Virus record (IMG/VR): IMGVR_UViG_3300033553_000842
Span: 1-64,000 of that record
Reading direction: 5' to 3' (one strand)
DNA length: 64,000 nucleotides
From: a virus
In this document: positions 24,940 to 35,100 of the stretch, one piece after another
How positions within the stretch are numbered: position 1 is the first letter of the stretch
Layout: every line of letters begins with the position of its first letter
Program-made: the position numbers and the translations under genes
Notes under the pieces: generated by a model
The model's database searches: none
What the model was told of the DNA's origin: nothing
What the model saw: the letters and a program-made list of their open reading frames with translations, nothing else

Positions 24940-26058
24940 ATGTCCGACGTCGCAAAACTCTCTGACTACCGCCAGCAGCGCAAGCGGCTGGACGTCACTG
25001 ATGACATGCTGGAACAAATCCAGTTCGTGGCCGATACGGATATGTCTGCAAACGACATCGTCGTCTTCGAGGCGACAGCTGTGAACACGCTGCCCTTGAA
25101 TAAGTCGGGATCGATCTTCGACAAAGGTAAGATCACCCGCTCGACGCTTGTCGCAATGGCCGACAGTGTGAACAGCAAGAATGAATCGGTTCCGCTTCAC
25201 ACGTTGCATATGCAAGGCCAGGAACTCCCGGTGGGAAAAGTATTCCACGCTTATGTTCAGGACCTGCCCGATGGCCAGTCCGAGCTTCGGGCCCAGTTCT
25301 ATATCCCGAAGACTGACGCGGCCCTGATCGAGAAGGTCAACCTTGGCATCCTCGATGAGGTCTCCATCGGTCTGAAGTCTGAAAAGCTGCTCTGCTCAAA
25401 GTGTGGCTTTGACTATTTCTCGGATGATGCGGACTTCATGCATCTCTGGGATCGGACCTGCGACAACGAACACACTATCGGTGAGGACGGAACCCACGCG
25501 GTTCTTCAGGGGCTCGACTCCTGGATGGAGCTATCTCTCGTCAGCCGAGGTGCAGCATCCAACGCAAAGATCCACGGCCGTGCCGCCCGGGTCATGCCAA
25601 AAGAGCAACAGGACCGCATCGCGGCCTCCGGGTACAGCCCTGACGCTGTGACACTGTTCGCATCACCAACCAAACTGAAAGAGGATACGTCCATGACAGG
25701 AAAACCGGAGGCCCCCAAGGCCCCTGCGGCCTCCGAGGCAGAATTTGATGCCAAGGTCGCTTTCGCTGAGCTTTCGACGAAGTTCGACACGCTCATTGAA
25801 ACTCTCACCCCGGAGCCAGAAGCCAAACCCCAAGAAGATCCAGCTGCTGTAGCTCTTGAAGCTGCAAACGCGACAATCGAAGAGCTGAAAGCTTCAGTCG
25901 AAGAACTGAAAACTTCGGTCGCTGAACTGGGTAAAGCCAAGCCAGCTGATTTCGCCAAGGAACTTCCTGAAGGCGGCGTGTCGGCCTCGGCCATCTCCGA
26001 TGCAGAGAAGGGCCGTAAGCTGCCTAACTTTGCAGCATTCAAATCCCGCACATCCTAA
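24940..26058 (+). CDS. Prohead protease with C-terminal scaffold
   Basis: H....PVGK, EVSIG, CSKCG, ELSLV..GA...AKI; coiled-coil tail. Confidence 0.85.
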   Translation: MSDVAKLSDYRQQRKRLDVTDDMLEQIQFVADTDMSANDIVVFEATAVNTLPLNKSGSIFDKGKITRSTLVAMADSVNSKNESVPLHTLHMQGQELPVGKVFHAYVQDLPDGQSELRAQFYIPKTDAALIEKVNLGILDEVSIGLKSEKLLCSKCGFDYFSDDADFMHLWDRTCDNEHTIGEDGTHAVLQGLDSWMELSLVSRGAASNAKIHGRAARVMPKEQQDRIAASGYSPDAVTLFASPTKLKEDTSMTGKPEAPKAPAASEAEFDAKVAFAELSTKFDTLIETLTPEPEAKPQEDPAAVALEAANATIEELKASVEELKTSVAELGKAKPADFAKELPEGGVSASAISDAEKGRKLPNFAAFKSRTS

Positions 26059-26072
26059 GAAAGGACTGAACC

Positions 26073-26492
26073 ATGATCGGTGAAGGTATCTCCCACCGCG
26101 GCCTCATTTCCGAGGTTTTCCACTTCCCCTTCTACGTTACCGGCGCAGTCACTGCTGCTGACGTAGGCAAGGCTGTCACCTATGACACAGCCACAGCCAA
26201 AGCGGTCAAACTGGCTGGTGCCGGCGACCGCGTGATCGGTGTCCTCGTATCTTACGAAGACCGGATTGTTGAAGGTGTCAAAGTCGGCACCGTTGCGCTC
26301 AAAGGCGGCTTCGGTATGACAAAAGCTGCAGGCACAGCCGCGATCGTTGTCGGTGACACAGTTGTCGGCTCAGCCACTGCTGGCCACGTCGGTCCCCGTC
26401 GTAACGCTGGCGATACTGCCAATGAACCTGACCTCAGCTCCAATGTTGTGACAGCCGTATCCGGCGACGACATTGAAGTGCTCATTCTGTAA
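26073..26492 (+). CDS. Head decoration / capsid cement protein
   Basis: DVGKAV...VKLAGAGD.VIG.L pattern; lies between protease and MCP. Confidence 0.75.
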   Translation: MIGEGISHRGLISEVFHFPFYVTGAVTAADVGKAVTYDTATAKAVKLAGAGDRVIGVLVSYEDRIVEGVKVGTVALKGGFGMTKAAGTAAIVVGDTVVGSATAGHVGPRRNAGDTANEPDLSSNVVTAVSGDDIEVLIL

Positions 26493-26504
26493 GGAGAACC
26501 CCAG

Positions 26505-27692
26505 ATGAAAGATCTCATCGATCTGAAGAAACGTCCGGTCGAGGAAGTCATCGCTGGCCTCCAATCGGACAGCCGTGGTACTTCCACGGAAGCCGGCACT
26601 GCCCTGGTGAACGCTGCAAAAGACCACGGTCTGAACCTGCGTGATTACCTGACCCTGGCTGTCGACACCCGCGCTGGCGAGTTTGCGGAGCAAGCGCATA
26701 ACGCCAAATTGAGCGGCTATGAACTGGCTGTTGCTGCCTTGGGTCTACCCTCGCGCAACGACTTCAACGAAGGCGTTCTGTTGCAGGCGTCGTCCGAGAG
26801 CTTCCAGAAATACCCCGGTACCCGGGCGATGTTCCCTGAAGTGATCGACGATATGTTGCGCTGGAAGGACCGTCAGGACACGCTGGAAACAGTCGCGCCC
26901 CTGCTGTCGCAATCCCGCACAATCACCGGCACCGAACTGTTGTCGACGGTTGTCCTGGACGATAGCTCGGAACGCGGTACCCAGACCGTGCCTGAGCTCT
27001 CGAACATCCCAGTTCGTACCATCCGCACCAGCCAACAGTCGGTGCAGATGTTCAAGCATGGCTCGGCCTACCGGACTTCCTACGAGTTCAACCGCCGCGC
27101 CACGCTCGACATCCTGACGCCCTACGCGACCCGCGTTGCGCGTGAGCTGGAAATCAGCAAGGTCAAGGCCGCGACGAATGTCCTCATCAATGGTGATGGC
27201 GTGAACGCAGCTGCAACCAGTGAGAACATCACCGCCTATGGCGGCGATCTGACCGGTGGTAAGACCCTGCAGCACAACTACAAGGCTCTGGCCAAGTGGT
27301 TGATGAAGATGGCCAAGGACATGGTTCCTGCTGACGTGATCGTAGGCAACTACGACATGTTCGTTGAACTGCTGTTCATGTTCACCCCCAACCTGGCCTC
27401 GGACAAGAACGAAGCCCGCGAACTGGCCATGTCCGGTGCCCCAGGTGTGAACCTGCAGCTGCCGATCATGAACAACGCGGTTCAGTTCGTGCTGTCCAGC
27501 GGTATGCCTGCGGGCAAACTGATGGCCTTCAACCGTGGTGAAACTCTGGAAGAGCTGATCGAAGCTGGTTCGATCATCTCCGAGAGCGAGAACGCGATCC
27601 GCAACCAGTCGATCACTTATGTCCGCACAGAAACCTCCGGTTTCCGTCTGGCCTTCGGTGACACGCGCCGGATCCTCGACACCACAGCGTAA
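26505..27692 (+). CDS. Major capsid protein
   Basis: 395 aa, FPEVI, V.E...IP, K.G.....SYE; high-expression codon usage; followed by a terminator. Confidence 0.85.
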   Translation: MKDLIDLKKRPVEEVIAGLQSDSRGTSTEAGTALVNAAKDHGLNLRDYLTLAVDTRAGEFAEQAHNAKLSGYELAVAALGLPSRNDFNEGVLLQASSESFQKYPGTRAMFPEVIDDMLRWKDRQDTLETVAPLLSQSRTITGTELLSTVVLDDSSERGTQTVPELSNIPVRTIRTSQQSVQMFKHGSAYRTSYEFNRRATLDILTPYATRVARELEISKVKAATNVLINGDGVNAAATSENITAYGGDLTGGKTLQHNYKALAKWLMKMAKDMVPADVIVGNYDMFVELLFMFTPNLASDKNEARELAMSGAPGVNLQLPIMNNAVQFVLSSGMPAGKLMAFNRGETLEELIEAGSIISESENAIRNQSITYVRTETSGFRLAFGDTRRILDTTA

Positions 27693-27714
27693 GGCTTGAC
27701 CTAGCACCCTTAAC

Positions 27715-27749
27715 GGGCCCGCTCACCAGGGGTGGGCGGGCCCTTTTTC
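27715..27749 (+). terminator. Rho-independent terminator
   Basis: GGGCCCGCTCACC..GGTGGGCGGGCCC followed by TTTTT. Confidence 0.85.
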
Positions 27750-27767
27750 ATTCTGATGGAGATAGAA

Positions 27768-28058
27768 ATGAAACTCATCGCAAAGACCACCGGGGCGTTC
27801 ATGTTGATCGACCCTTATACTGGAGACGAGCTGGACGCGACCCGCCCCTCAGTCGTGACCCAGTCCCCCTTCATTGAACAGCGCAGTGCCGCGGGCCAGA
27901 TCAAAGTTCTGGAAACAGATCTGTCCAATGACGCGACCGACGAGGATTTCCTCGAGTTCTGGAAAGAGAACCAGAAAAGCGCCGTAGATGCCTACCTCTC
28001 AGCCCTGTCGCCAGATCCTGAGCCGAAGAAGAAAGCTGCTCCAGCGAAGAAAGACTAA
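27768..28058 (+). CDS. Hypothetical virion-associated protein
   Basis: GGAG RBS; follows the MCP. Confidence 0.65.
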   Translation: MKLIAKTTGAFMLIDPYTGDELDATRPSVVTQSPFIEQRSAAGQIKVLETDLSNDATDEDFLEFWKENQKSAVDAYLSALSPDPEPKKKAAPAKKD

Positions 28059-28061
28059 TCC

Positions 28062-28751
28062 ATGTGGAAGCTCGCCAATAAAGACGCGACCTTGACGATC
28101 GACTATACCGTCGACGGCGAGTTTGTCACACCCTCATCGGCAGAGTACACCGTGCTCCGCGCCGACGGGACCGTCGTTGCTTCAGGCACCCTCCCAGCCC
28201 AAAGCACGACGGAACCACTGGTCCTTCTGGCGGTGAACAACACTGTCTCGGGGGAGTATGACACCCAGTTCGTCCGGATCGATTTCGTTTTCGACGGACG
28301 GGAATACAGCCAGCAAAGTACGGTCTATTTCTCAGCGTTCATTCCACTGACGGCCACCGCCGGCCAAGTGAGGGGGGCCCTCGGCCTAGACCGGGTTGAG
28401 CTGCCGGATGAATCCGTCGGGATCTACGAGGCATACTTTAATCTCCGCTGGTCTGAGGGAGAAGCCTTCAAAGCTGCCTTGATCTCGGGGGGCCGTATCG
28501 CGCAAGCCGCAAATGAGGCGGTGGTCCTGAGGGCCGCGCTGGATATCTGCGGATCAATCGAGATGCGGACACATATCTACGTGAAGTCTGAAGACAGCCT
28601 GGTGCAACGCAGCACGAAAATTGATTTTGACAAACTGGCTCAGAGCCTCGAGTCCAAACTGGCAGATCGGATCAACCTGGCTACAGGGGTCACGGTCAAC
28701 GAAACTGTCCTGTTTGCCCTGAGCACTCCAGCGGATCCATTTACCGGATGA
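28062..28751 (+). CDS. Head-tail adaptor (putative)
   Basis: Position; T...QVR.ALG....ELPD motif. Confidence 0.6.
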   Translation: MWKLANKDATLTIDYTVDGEFVTPSSAEYTVLRADGTVVASGTLPAQSTTEPLVLLAVNNTVSGEYDTQFVRIDFVFDGREYSQQSTVYFSAFIPLTATAGQVRGALGLDRVELPDESVGIYEAYFNLRWSEGEAFKAALISGGRIAQAANEAVVLRAALDICGSIEMRTHIYVKSEDSLVQRSTKIDFDKLAQSLESKLADRINLATGVTVNETVLFALSTPADPFTG

Positions 28752-29248
28752 TTTCTCCTCGTCTCACAAAGACGTTTCGCACGTCAGCCGGAGCCAAGTT
28801 TAAGGGCTTGCTCTCGGACCCAGAGGATCGCTGGGACGGGGATGAACTCCGTGCGCGGCGCATGCTCAGGGTGGATCCAAAGGTACCTCTGGTCACCGGG
28901 GACGTCATCAAGGGGGATGGAAGTGAGTATCTGATTTTCTCACACAGCCATCGAACCCATGAGAACCGCTTTCTGGCTTTTGAAGTGACCCATCGACTGA
29001 CCTGGATCAGACGCCAGAAGGTGATCGATCCCGTCACCAAGATGTCCAAGGGGGACGCTGAAACAACTATATCCTCGGCTGTGCCTGTGACCGTTGAACC
29101 CACCGGGGTGATCGAGGTGCAAGGCACAGAGCGGAACCGCTACACTCTCCGGGCCCCAGGCATCTTCCAGAAGGGAGACCGGATCGGCCCCTATACGGTC
29201 CAGACTGTCAGCACCATCTTTGGAGCGTCCATCATGGGGGCTGTCTAA
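28748..29248 (+). CDS. Head closure protein (putative)
   Basis: Position; beta-rich, DPVT motif. Confidence 0.55.
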   Translation: MISPRLTKTFRTSAGAKFKGLLSDPEDRWDGDELRARRMLRVDPKVPLVTGDVIKGDGSEYLIFSHSHRTHENRFLAFEVTHRLTWIRRQKVIDPVTKMSKGDAETTISSAVPVTVEPTGVIEVQGTERNRYTLRAPGIFQKGDRIGPYTVQTVSTIFGASIMGAV

Positions 29249-29964
29249 TGGCCCGCAAGTTTGGCGAAAACCTCGGAGAGTTCTTTCACGAAGCATTCAA
29301 CAGCACCTTCTTTTTGAAGGTGCTGAACAACAAGTACGAGATCGAAGAGGATCTCGAGATCCAATATGACAAGTTTTTTCGAGACATGGCCGCTATGGTC
29401 GGGGGCCAATCAGCTCCCCGGCAACTGGGGGTTAGCTGGGCTGACATAAGCCAGAGCTGGGACGATCGTAAGGTCAAAGCGGGGGTAACAAGTAACCCCG
29501 GGGACAACGCCTTTTACCGCGGGCTTACCGCGGCCTCGAATAGTTATCACGCTGAGCTCAGGAACCTGAACACCAGAGAGATCTATGGGGATATACGGGT
29601 CAATATCGGCTCGGTTAAAGCCCAAGGAGCCTTTGGTAAAGGATCGAGTAGACGGACGGTTCGAACCGATCTCAACCGGCTCAGCACAAAGGGCAACGTA
29701 CTTCGTTACGGGGGTTCTTTTGCCTCCATCGACAACTTCTTCAATACCTCTTTGGGGTTTGATGCATTTGAATATGTTAAGTCTGCCGAAGATGTCTTGG
29801 ACGGACTTCCTGAGCGGGTTGAGTTAATCACTGGCGTCAACGAGGGCCTTTACGGAACCAAAGGGGGTCACGGGATCACCCGGCCGTTCATGATCCCGAT
29901 GATGAAATATTATACCGACGTTGTTCTGAAAGACGTCTTTATCAAGAGTGTGAATAAACGATGA
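29248..29964 (+). CDS. Neck / tail completion protein (putative)
   Basis: Position; basic; C-terminal RPFM.P motif. Confidence 0.55.
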   Translation: MARKFGENLGEFFHEAFNSTFFLKVLNNKYEIEEDLEIQYDKFFRDMAAMVGGQSAPRQLGVSWADISQSWDDRKVKAGVTSNPGDNAFYRGLTAASNSYHAELRNLNTREIYGDIRVNIGSVKAQGAFGKGSSRRTVRTDLNRLSTKGNVLRYGGSFASIDNFFNTSLGFDAFEYVKSAEDVLDGLPERVELITGVNEGLYGTKGGHGITRPFMIPMMKYYTDVVLKDVFIKSVNKR

Positions 29965-30395
29965 AAAACCCATACCGAGATATTCAAGCATCCCTGTTGC
30001 GCTTCGCGGCCGAGTTCGCCAATGACAACGACCTAGATGCCATCAACCTCGATGCACACGCCACGCCATCCTCCTGGCCTGAACGCAATTTCGTTGGACC
30101 TAGCGAGATGATGATTGACTTTGGGGAGAACGAGATCACCGTGTCTCTCGCCTATGTGATCTCGACCCGGGACGACACGAACCTTTTCGAGATGGACCGT
30201 CTGGTCAACCTCCTGGTCAACAAACTGGTTCTTGGAAACAAGATCATGGTCTTTGATGCGGTGGCCGGCACCCCTAAGGGTCACCTGATCACCCGGGGAT
30301 CGCTGCGGGCCGGAACGGTGTTGAACACCGAGACCCAACCCGCAAGGCCTGTTTTCGTCAGCTTGATTTCTGACCTGATGCTGCTTCGGAGCTGA
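29961..30395 (+). CDS. Tail terminator (putative)
   Basis: Position before the tail tube gene; 144 aa. Confidence 0.55.
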   Translation: MKNPYRDIQASLLRFAAEFANDNDLDAINLDAHATPSSWPERNFVGPSEMMIDFGENEITVSLAYVISTRDDTNLFEMDRLVNLLVNKLVLGNKIMVFDAVAGTPKGHLITRGSLRAGTVLNTETQPARPVFVSLISDLMLLRS

Positions 30396-30558
30396 TCTTC
30401 CGATCACGATTAACCGAGGCATCGATCCCCCGCTCCATCAGAATCCTGGACTCTTCGCTTAGAGAGCGCCCGTTCACCTCAGAGCGGGCGTCGATCTGGG
30501 CCTTGAGTTCAGGGGGGACCCGAACAGTGTACCCGACGTAGTGTTTCTTGCTTGCCAT
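30358..30558 (-). CDS. Arc-family ribbon-helix-helix DNA-binding protein
   Basis: YTVRVPPELKAQI...NGRSLSEE...L matches Arc; AGGAG RBS. Confidence 0.85.
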   Translation of the reverse strand: MASKKHYVGYTVRVPPELKAQIDARSEVNGRSLSEESRILMERGIDASVNRDRKISSEAASGQKSS

Positions 30559-30692
30559 GGTAATCTCCTATCATTGACTGAACCAAGTATAGTAGACGCA
30601 CTGAAATTAACCAATTAAAACCTTTTGAGAATTGTGGTTCCTTAAGTATATTGCAGATCAACACTTACGGAAAACAACCAAAGGAGCTCCCC

Positions 30693-31457
30693 ATGGCTGG
30701 TGAAGCGAAGACCACAAATTTTATGCTCGGTACAGCGACGGTCATGTTCGGCCCCGCAGCTGATGTATTCGACCTCATTCCTGAAGATCACGGTGTCGGG
30801 CTTACCAAGAACGTATCGGTTACAGCTGAGCCATCTTTCACAGACCTGACCCAAGGTGTGAAAAACTCGAACGTGTATTCGGTCATGACAGGCAACATTG
30901 TCCGCGCTGCTTTCGAGTGCTATGAGTACACGGCACAGAACATGTTCTATGCCCAGGGTCTCGACGGCTCGACCTACGTCGCTCCCACCGGTGCCACCAC
31001 ACTCGCCTCTGCAGTACTGGCCGCGGATACGACAATTGACGTGGAAGCTGGTGACGGGGCGAACTTCACGGCGGGTAATTACATTGTGATCGAAGATGGG
31101 GACAAGGACAAAGTCTACGTCCGTACCGTGGTTTCGGTTGCTATTGATGTGATTACGGTGGACACGGCGTTGCCGAACGCAATCCCAGCGGGCAACGTAG
31201 TCCGGGCAGGAGCCCTGATCGAGATCGGCAGCAAGCAAGACCAACCGTTCCTGGGTTGCAAGATCGTCGGCACGACCGCTGAAAACGAGATTATCTCCCT
31301 GATCTTCCCGAAGGTCCGTGTGACAGCCGGTTTCAATCTGCAGTTCTCTTCGGATGACTTCCAGAACATGCCGTTCGAGATGATGATGTACGACCTGGTT
31401 GGTACGGATCCGCACTATGCCAAGTTCAAGGACAAGACAGGCATCGCGATCCTGTAA
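30693..31457 (+). CDS. Major tail tube protein
   Basis: MAGEAKT..FMLGTATVM.GP...; AAGGAG RBS; followed by a hairpin. Confidence 0.8.
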   Translation: MAGEAKTTNFMLGTATVMFGPAADVFDLIPEDHGVGLTKNVSVTAEPSFTDLTQGVKNSNVYSVMTGNIVRAAFECYEYTAQNMFYAQGLDGSTYVAPTGATTLASAVLAADTTIDVEAGDGANFTAGNYIVIEDGDKDKVYVRTVVSVAIDVITVDTALPNAIPAGNVVRAGALIEIGSKQDQPFLGCKIVGTTAENEIISLIFPKVRVTAGFNLQFSSDDFQNMPFEMMMYDLVGTDPHYAKFKDKTGIAIL

Positions 31458-31478
31458 AGTTCACCAAAATAAACCTTG

Positions 31479-31522
31479 AGTAAACTCCCCCCTCTTCTGT
31501 AGAAGTGGGGGGAGTTTTACTT
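31479..31522 (+). terminator. Terminator hairpin after the tail tube gene
   Basis: GTAAACTCCCCC...GGGGGAGTTTTAC inverted repeat. Confidence 0.65.
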
Positions 31523-31536
31523 TGAGGAGCCAAGTA

Positions 31537-31896
31537 ATGGCCGACGCTAAATTTGAGATCGAGATCAATGGGGAACCCCGAGAGCTCGTCATGTACTACG
31601 GCCTGCTGGATTTGATTTGCCGTGCCTGCGGAGACATCGAAGGGGCCTTGATGATCGGCCTGGAGCATGACCTGCGTCAGGAAATCCTTCAGACCCTGTT
31701 GTCCGAACGTGACGACACCGGCAAAGTCACCAAACCCTTCAATCCGATGAAGAACCATATCGAGCCTGACGCCGTCAATGATCTGATCGATTGGGCGGGG
31801 GCCCACGCTTTTGATTTTTTGCTCAAAGCAGCGGAGAGGGCAAGGAAGACCGGGGAGAGCCAGAAAAACCGTCTGGAGGCCCTTCAGTCTACCTAG
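31537..31896 (+). CDS. Tail assembly chaperone (gpG-like)
   Basis: Between tail tube and TMP; contains the slippery site T_TTT_TTG at 31815-31821. Confidence 0.75.
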   Translation: MADAKFEIEINGEPRELVMYYGLLDLICRACGDIEGALMIGLEHDLRQEILQTLLSERDDTGKVTKPFNPMKNHIEPDAVNDLIDWAGAHAFDFLLKAAERARKTGESQKNRLEALQST

Positions 31897-32189
31897 ACTG
31901 GTGGAAAGGTCTATCGTTCCAAGAGGCGATCTGTCTTGTGTTCAAGACAGTCCCCTCAAAATGCTCTGAAGTATTCTGGCAATATACCCTAGAAGATATT
32001 AAGGTGTCCCTAGGGCTCTACTTGGGCCAGAAGCAGTCTGAGGCTGTACAGAACTATGAATCACTTCTCTTGGTGGCAGGGAAACTTTTTGGCGAAGAGG
32101 ACAAAGGCCGGAAGGCTCCTCCGAAAAACCAGAAGGTGGCAAAAACCAAGGCTGAGATCATGGCGGGCATGACGGAGATTTTTGGATAG
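31815..32189 (+). CDS. Tail assembly chaperone -1 frameshift extension (gpGT-like)
   Basis: The -1 frame is open from the slippery site through the 31938..32189 ORF. Confidence 0.7.
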   Translation, partial: FFAQSSGEGKEDRGEPEKPSGGPSVYLDWWKGLSFQEAICLVFKTVPSKCSEVFWQYTLEDIKVSLGLYLGQKQSEAVQNYESLLLVAGKLFGEEDKGRKAPPKNQKVAKTKAEIMAGMTEIFG

Positions 32190-35100
32190 ATGGCCAATAA
32201 AAAAGAGATAATCGACGTCAGGCTGTCCGCAGCCTCGAAAAAGGATCTGATGGCTCTCTCCAAGGAGCTGGCAGATGCAGTAAACTCGGTTAACAAACTG
32301 GCCAAGGGTTTTCAGAATCTCTCCCAGCTGAAAGCTTCGGCTTCTGCCAAAGGGGCAGTTGAGAACAACTTTGGCCTGGGAGCCTATTCCCGGGGTCTGA
32401 ACCAAAGTGAGAAACAACGCGCCACGAACACGGCCCGTCTCGGCACGGAGACAGGCCGCGTTGCTGACGAGAGGGAGCGGGATCTCCGGGCCACGCAGAA
32501 GCTGATGAAGACCCAAGAAGGTCTTCAAAGGATCGAACAGGCCCGCCTTCTCAATGCCAAAGCTGAACTAAAGACCGTCGACCGCCTGGTCGATCGGGGA
32601 GAACTCCTGAAGAAACAGGATCTGGCCCGGGTCAAAGCAGCTGAAGCTCAGTTGAGATTGAACGACCTTCTTGCCCAGCGGGATGTACGCAACCGGGCAA
32701 TCCGAAAGGCCCCCGCAGGTTCTGATGAGAGACGGGCGCTTCAGGCGCAGGCCCCCGCTGCAAATGCTCAGATCCGCGGTGTCCAGCAAGAGGTACAAGC
32801 CGCCGAGCGTTTGAACACTCTGGCCGGCTCCCGCTTGCAGACCCTGCAACAGGAGACAGCTCAGAAAGCGCAGCAGGCCAAGTTTGATCGCGAAAGCGAA
32901 CGGATGCAGTCCCGGAGCCTGACATCGCAGACCTCCCTGGCCCGCGATCGGGAACGCCGTCAGCAAGCTCAACAGCTGAACCTGACGAAGGAGCTCGAAG
33001 GAGCTCGTCGGATCAACGACCTGGTGACGGCCAAGACCCAGAAGCTGAGGGCTCAAGACCGGTTGCGTCTTGAAGAGCAGAACGGAAACCTCACAGCGGT
33101 ACGTCAGGCCCGGGTCCTGAATGATCTTCTTGATCGTCGGATCCGCAAGCTCCAAGAAGCGAACCGAGTGGCCAAAGAAGCGGCCAAACCTACCAAGGAA
33201 CAAATGGCGGGCAACGCCCGTGAGATGTCCATGAAGCGTTTGTTTGGTGACAACGGGGCCAGCCTCTTTGCCATCCAAGCCGGTCTGGTCGCGAACTACG
33301 CCTTGATGAACCAGCTGCGCACCGGGTTCCAGCAGGCGATCGCGTTTACGGTAGATCTGGACAGCGCGATGCGCAACCTCCAGGCGATCGTGCGGATCAC
33401 CGATACGGATCTTGCATCGCTGAAGGACAGCTTGATCGGGATCTCGGAAGAGACAAAATTCACGGCTGTTGAAGTGGCCAACGCAGCGGTCACGCTGGGT
33501 CAGGCGGGCTTCTCGACCGACGAGATCAAGGACTCCATTCGAGCCGTCTCCCTACTAGCCACGGCCACCGGGACAGAGTTGAAAAACGCGGTTGATATTG
33601 CGACCTCGACCCTCGGTGTGTTCAACATGGAATCCTCACAGATGGCGGATGTGGCAAACATCCTGACCGAAGCTGTGAACACATCGAAGCTGAACATCGA
33701 GAAGCTGACCCTTGGTCTGCAATACTCGGGTAACATCGCCGCGCAGTCTGGCGTCAGTTTCAAGGAACTGACCTCGGCCCTCGGCGCGATGGCGAACGCT
33801 GGTATCCGCTCTGGTTCCACACTTGGTACCGGTATGCGTCAGATCCTGATCGCGCTGCAGAAACCCTCGAACGAGTTCAGCGCCACACTTGATCGCCTCG
33901 GCCTGACAATGGACGATGTGAACCTCGAGACCAAGGGCCTTTACGGGGCTTTGAAGAACCTGCGTGACGCGGGCTTCAGCTCCGGTGACGCGATCCAGTC
34001 CTTTGAAGTCCGGGCCGCTGCGGCTTACAACGCTCTGTCGGGCAACCTTGATCAGATGCTGTCGCTTCAAAATGCGTTCCAGCGCACCTCGGCCTCGATC
34101 CAGGCGAACGAAACCCAGATGAAATCTCTGGCCAACCAGGGCAAGCGCCTCGGTTCGGTCCTGGGATCGGTTGCTGCCGCGGGTCTCGATCCGATGCTCA
34201 AGGGGACAATCGCGATCACAAGTGCTTTGGCCGATGCGTTCAGCTGGGTTCGTCAGTTCGAGAACTCTCTCGCCTTCCTGACCACAGGGGTCGCGGTGGC
34301 AGGTCTCTCAGGCATACTGGTTTACTTTGGCCGGATGATCAAAAACCTCTCTGGGATGGTTCTCGGAACCAATGCCCTAACAGCGGCCAATCTTAGAGCG
34401 ACAGTTTCGTACAAGGCACTCTCGGTCGCGATGATGCGGTCACCGTTCGCACTGGTAGCGGGGGCAATCACAGCGATCGGGGCGGCGTTCTACTTCATGG
34501 GCAACCGTACCACAGGTGCTCAAGACAAACTGGAAAAAGCTCAGACGACTTTCGATCGCTCCGTTGGTTCTGCCGAGAAACTGCAAAAGGGTCTCGTCAG
34601 GGTGGATGATACCCTGAAGGACCTCACCAACCGATATGACCTTCTCAAAGATGGGGGGGCTTTGCTGGAATCGGTGATTATCGACATTCAGAAACAGTTT
34701 GTGGATATGGGTCGGGATGCGGGCCAGGTTGGTAATGATGTTGACGCTCTGATCAAGACAATGCGGGATCTCCGTATGGAGCTTTCGAAAGAGTATGAGC
34801 TCCGGATCAATACCTCGTTGCTGAACCTGGACAACCTCAGAAACGCTACCCGGAAAAGTTTGTCCGAGAGCATTGCGGGTACGGCCTCTGCCGCCAGTGA
34901 GATGAACCCCCTGAGTGCTTCTGAACGGAAATCAGGGGTTCTTCGGTCCAACCAGGGGGGGTTCGGAAGTCAAATCCTGGACGATGCCAAGATTCTTCAA
35001 ACCTCAGGATCCAGCCTAAACGAGGTCGGCTCGGCCAACGCCCGTCTGGATGCCGTTCGACTGAAGATCGAAGATCGTCTAGACAACGATTCCTCGGCCA

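Noticed and set aside
17855-30620. Full CtrA boxes (TTAA-N7-TTAA) at 17855, 18263, 24909 and 30607
   Set aside because: Only half-sites or wrong spacing.
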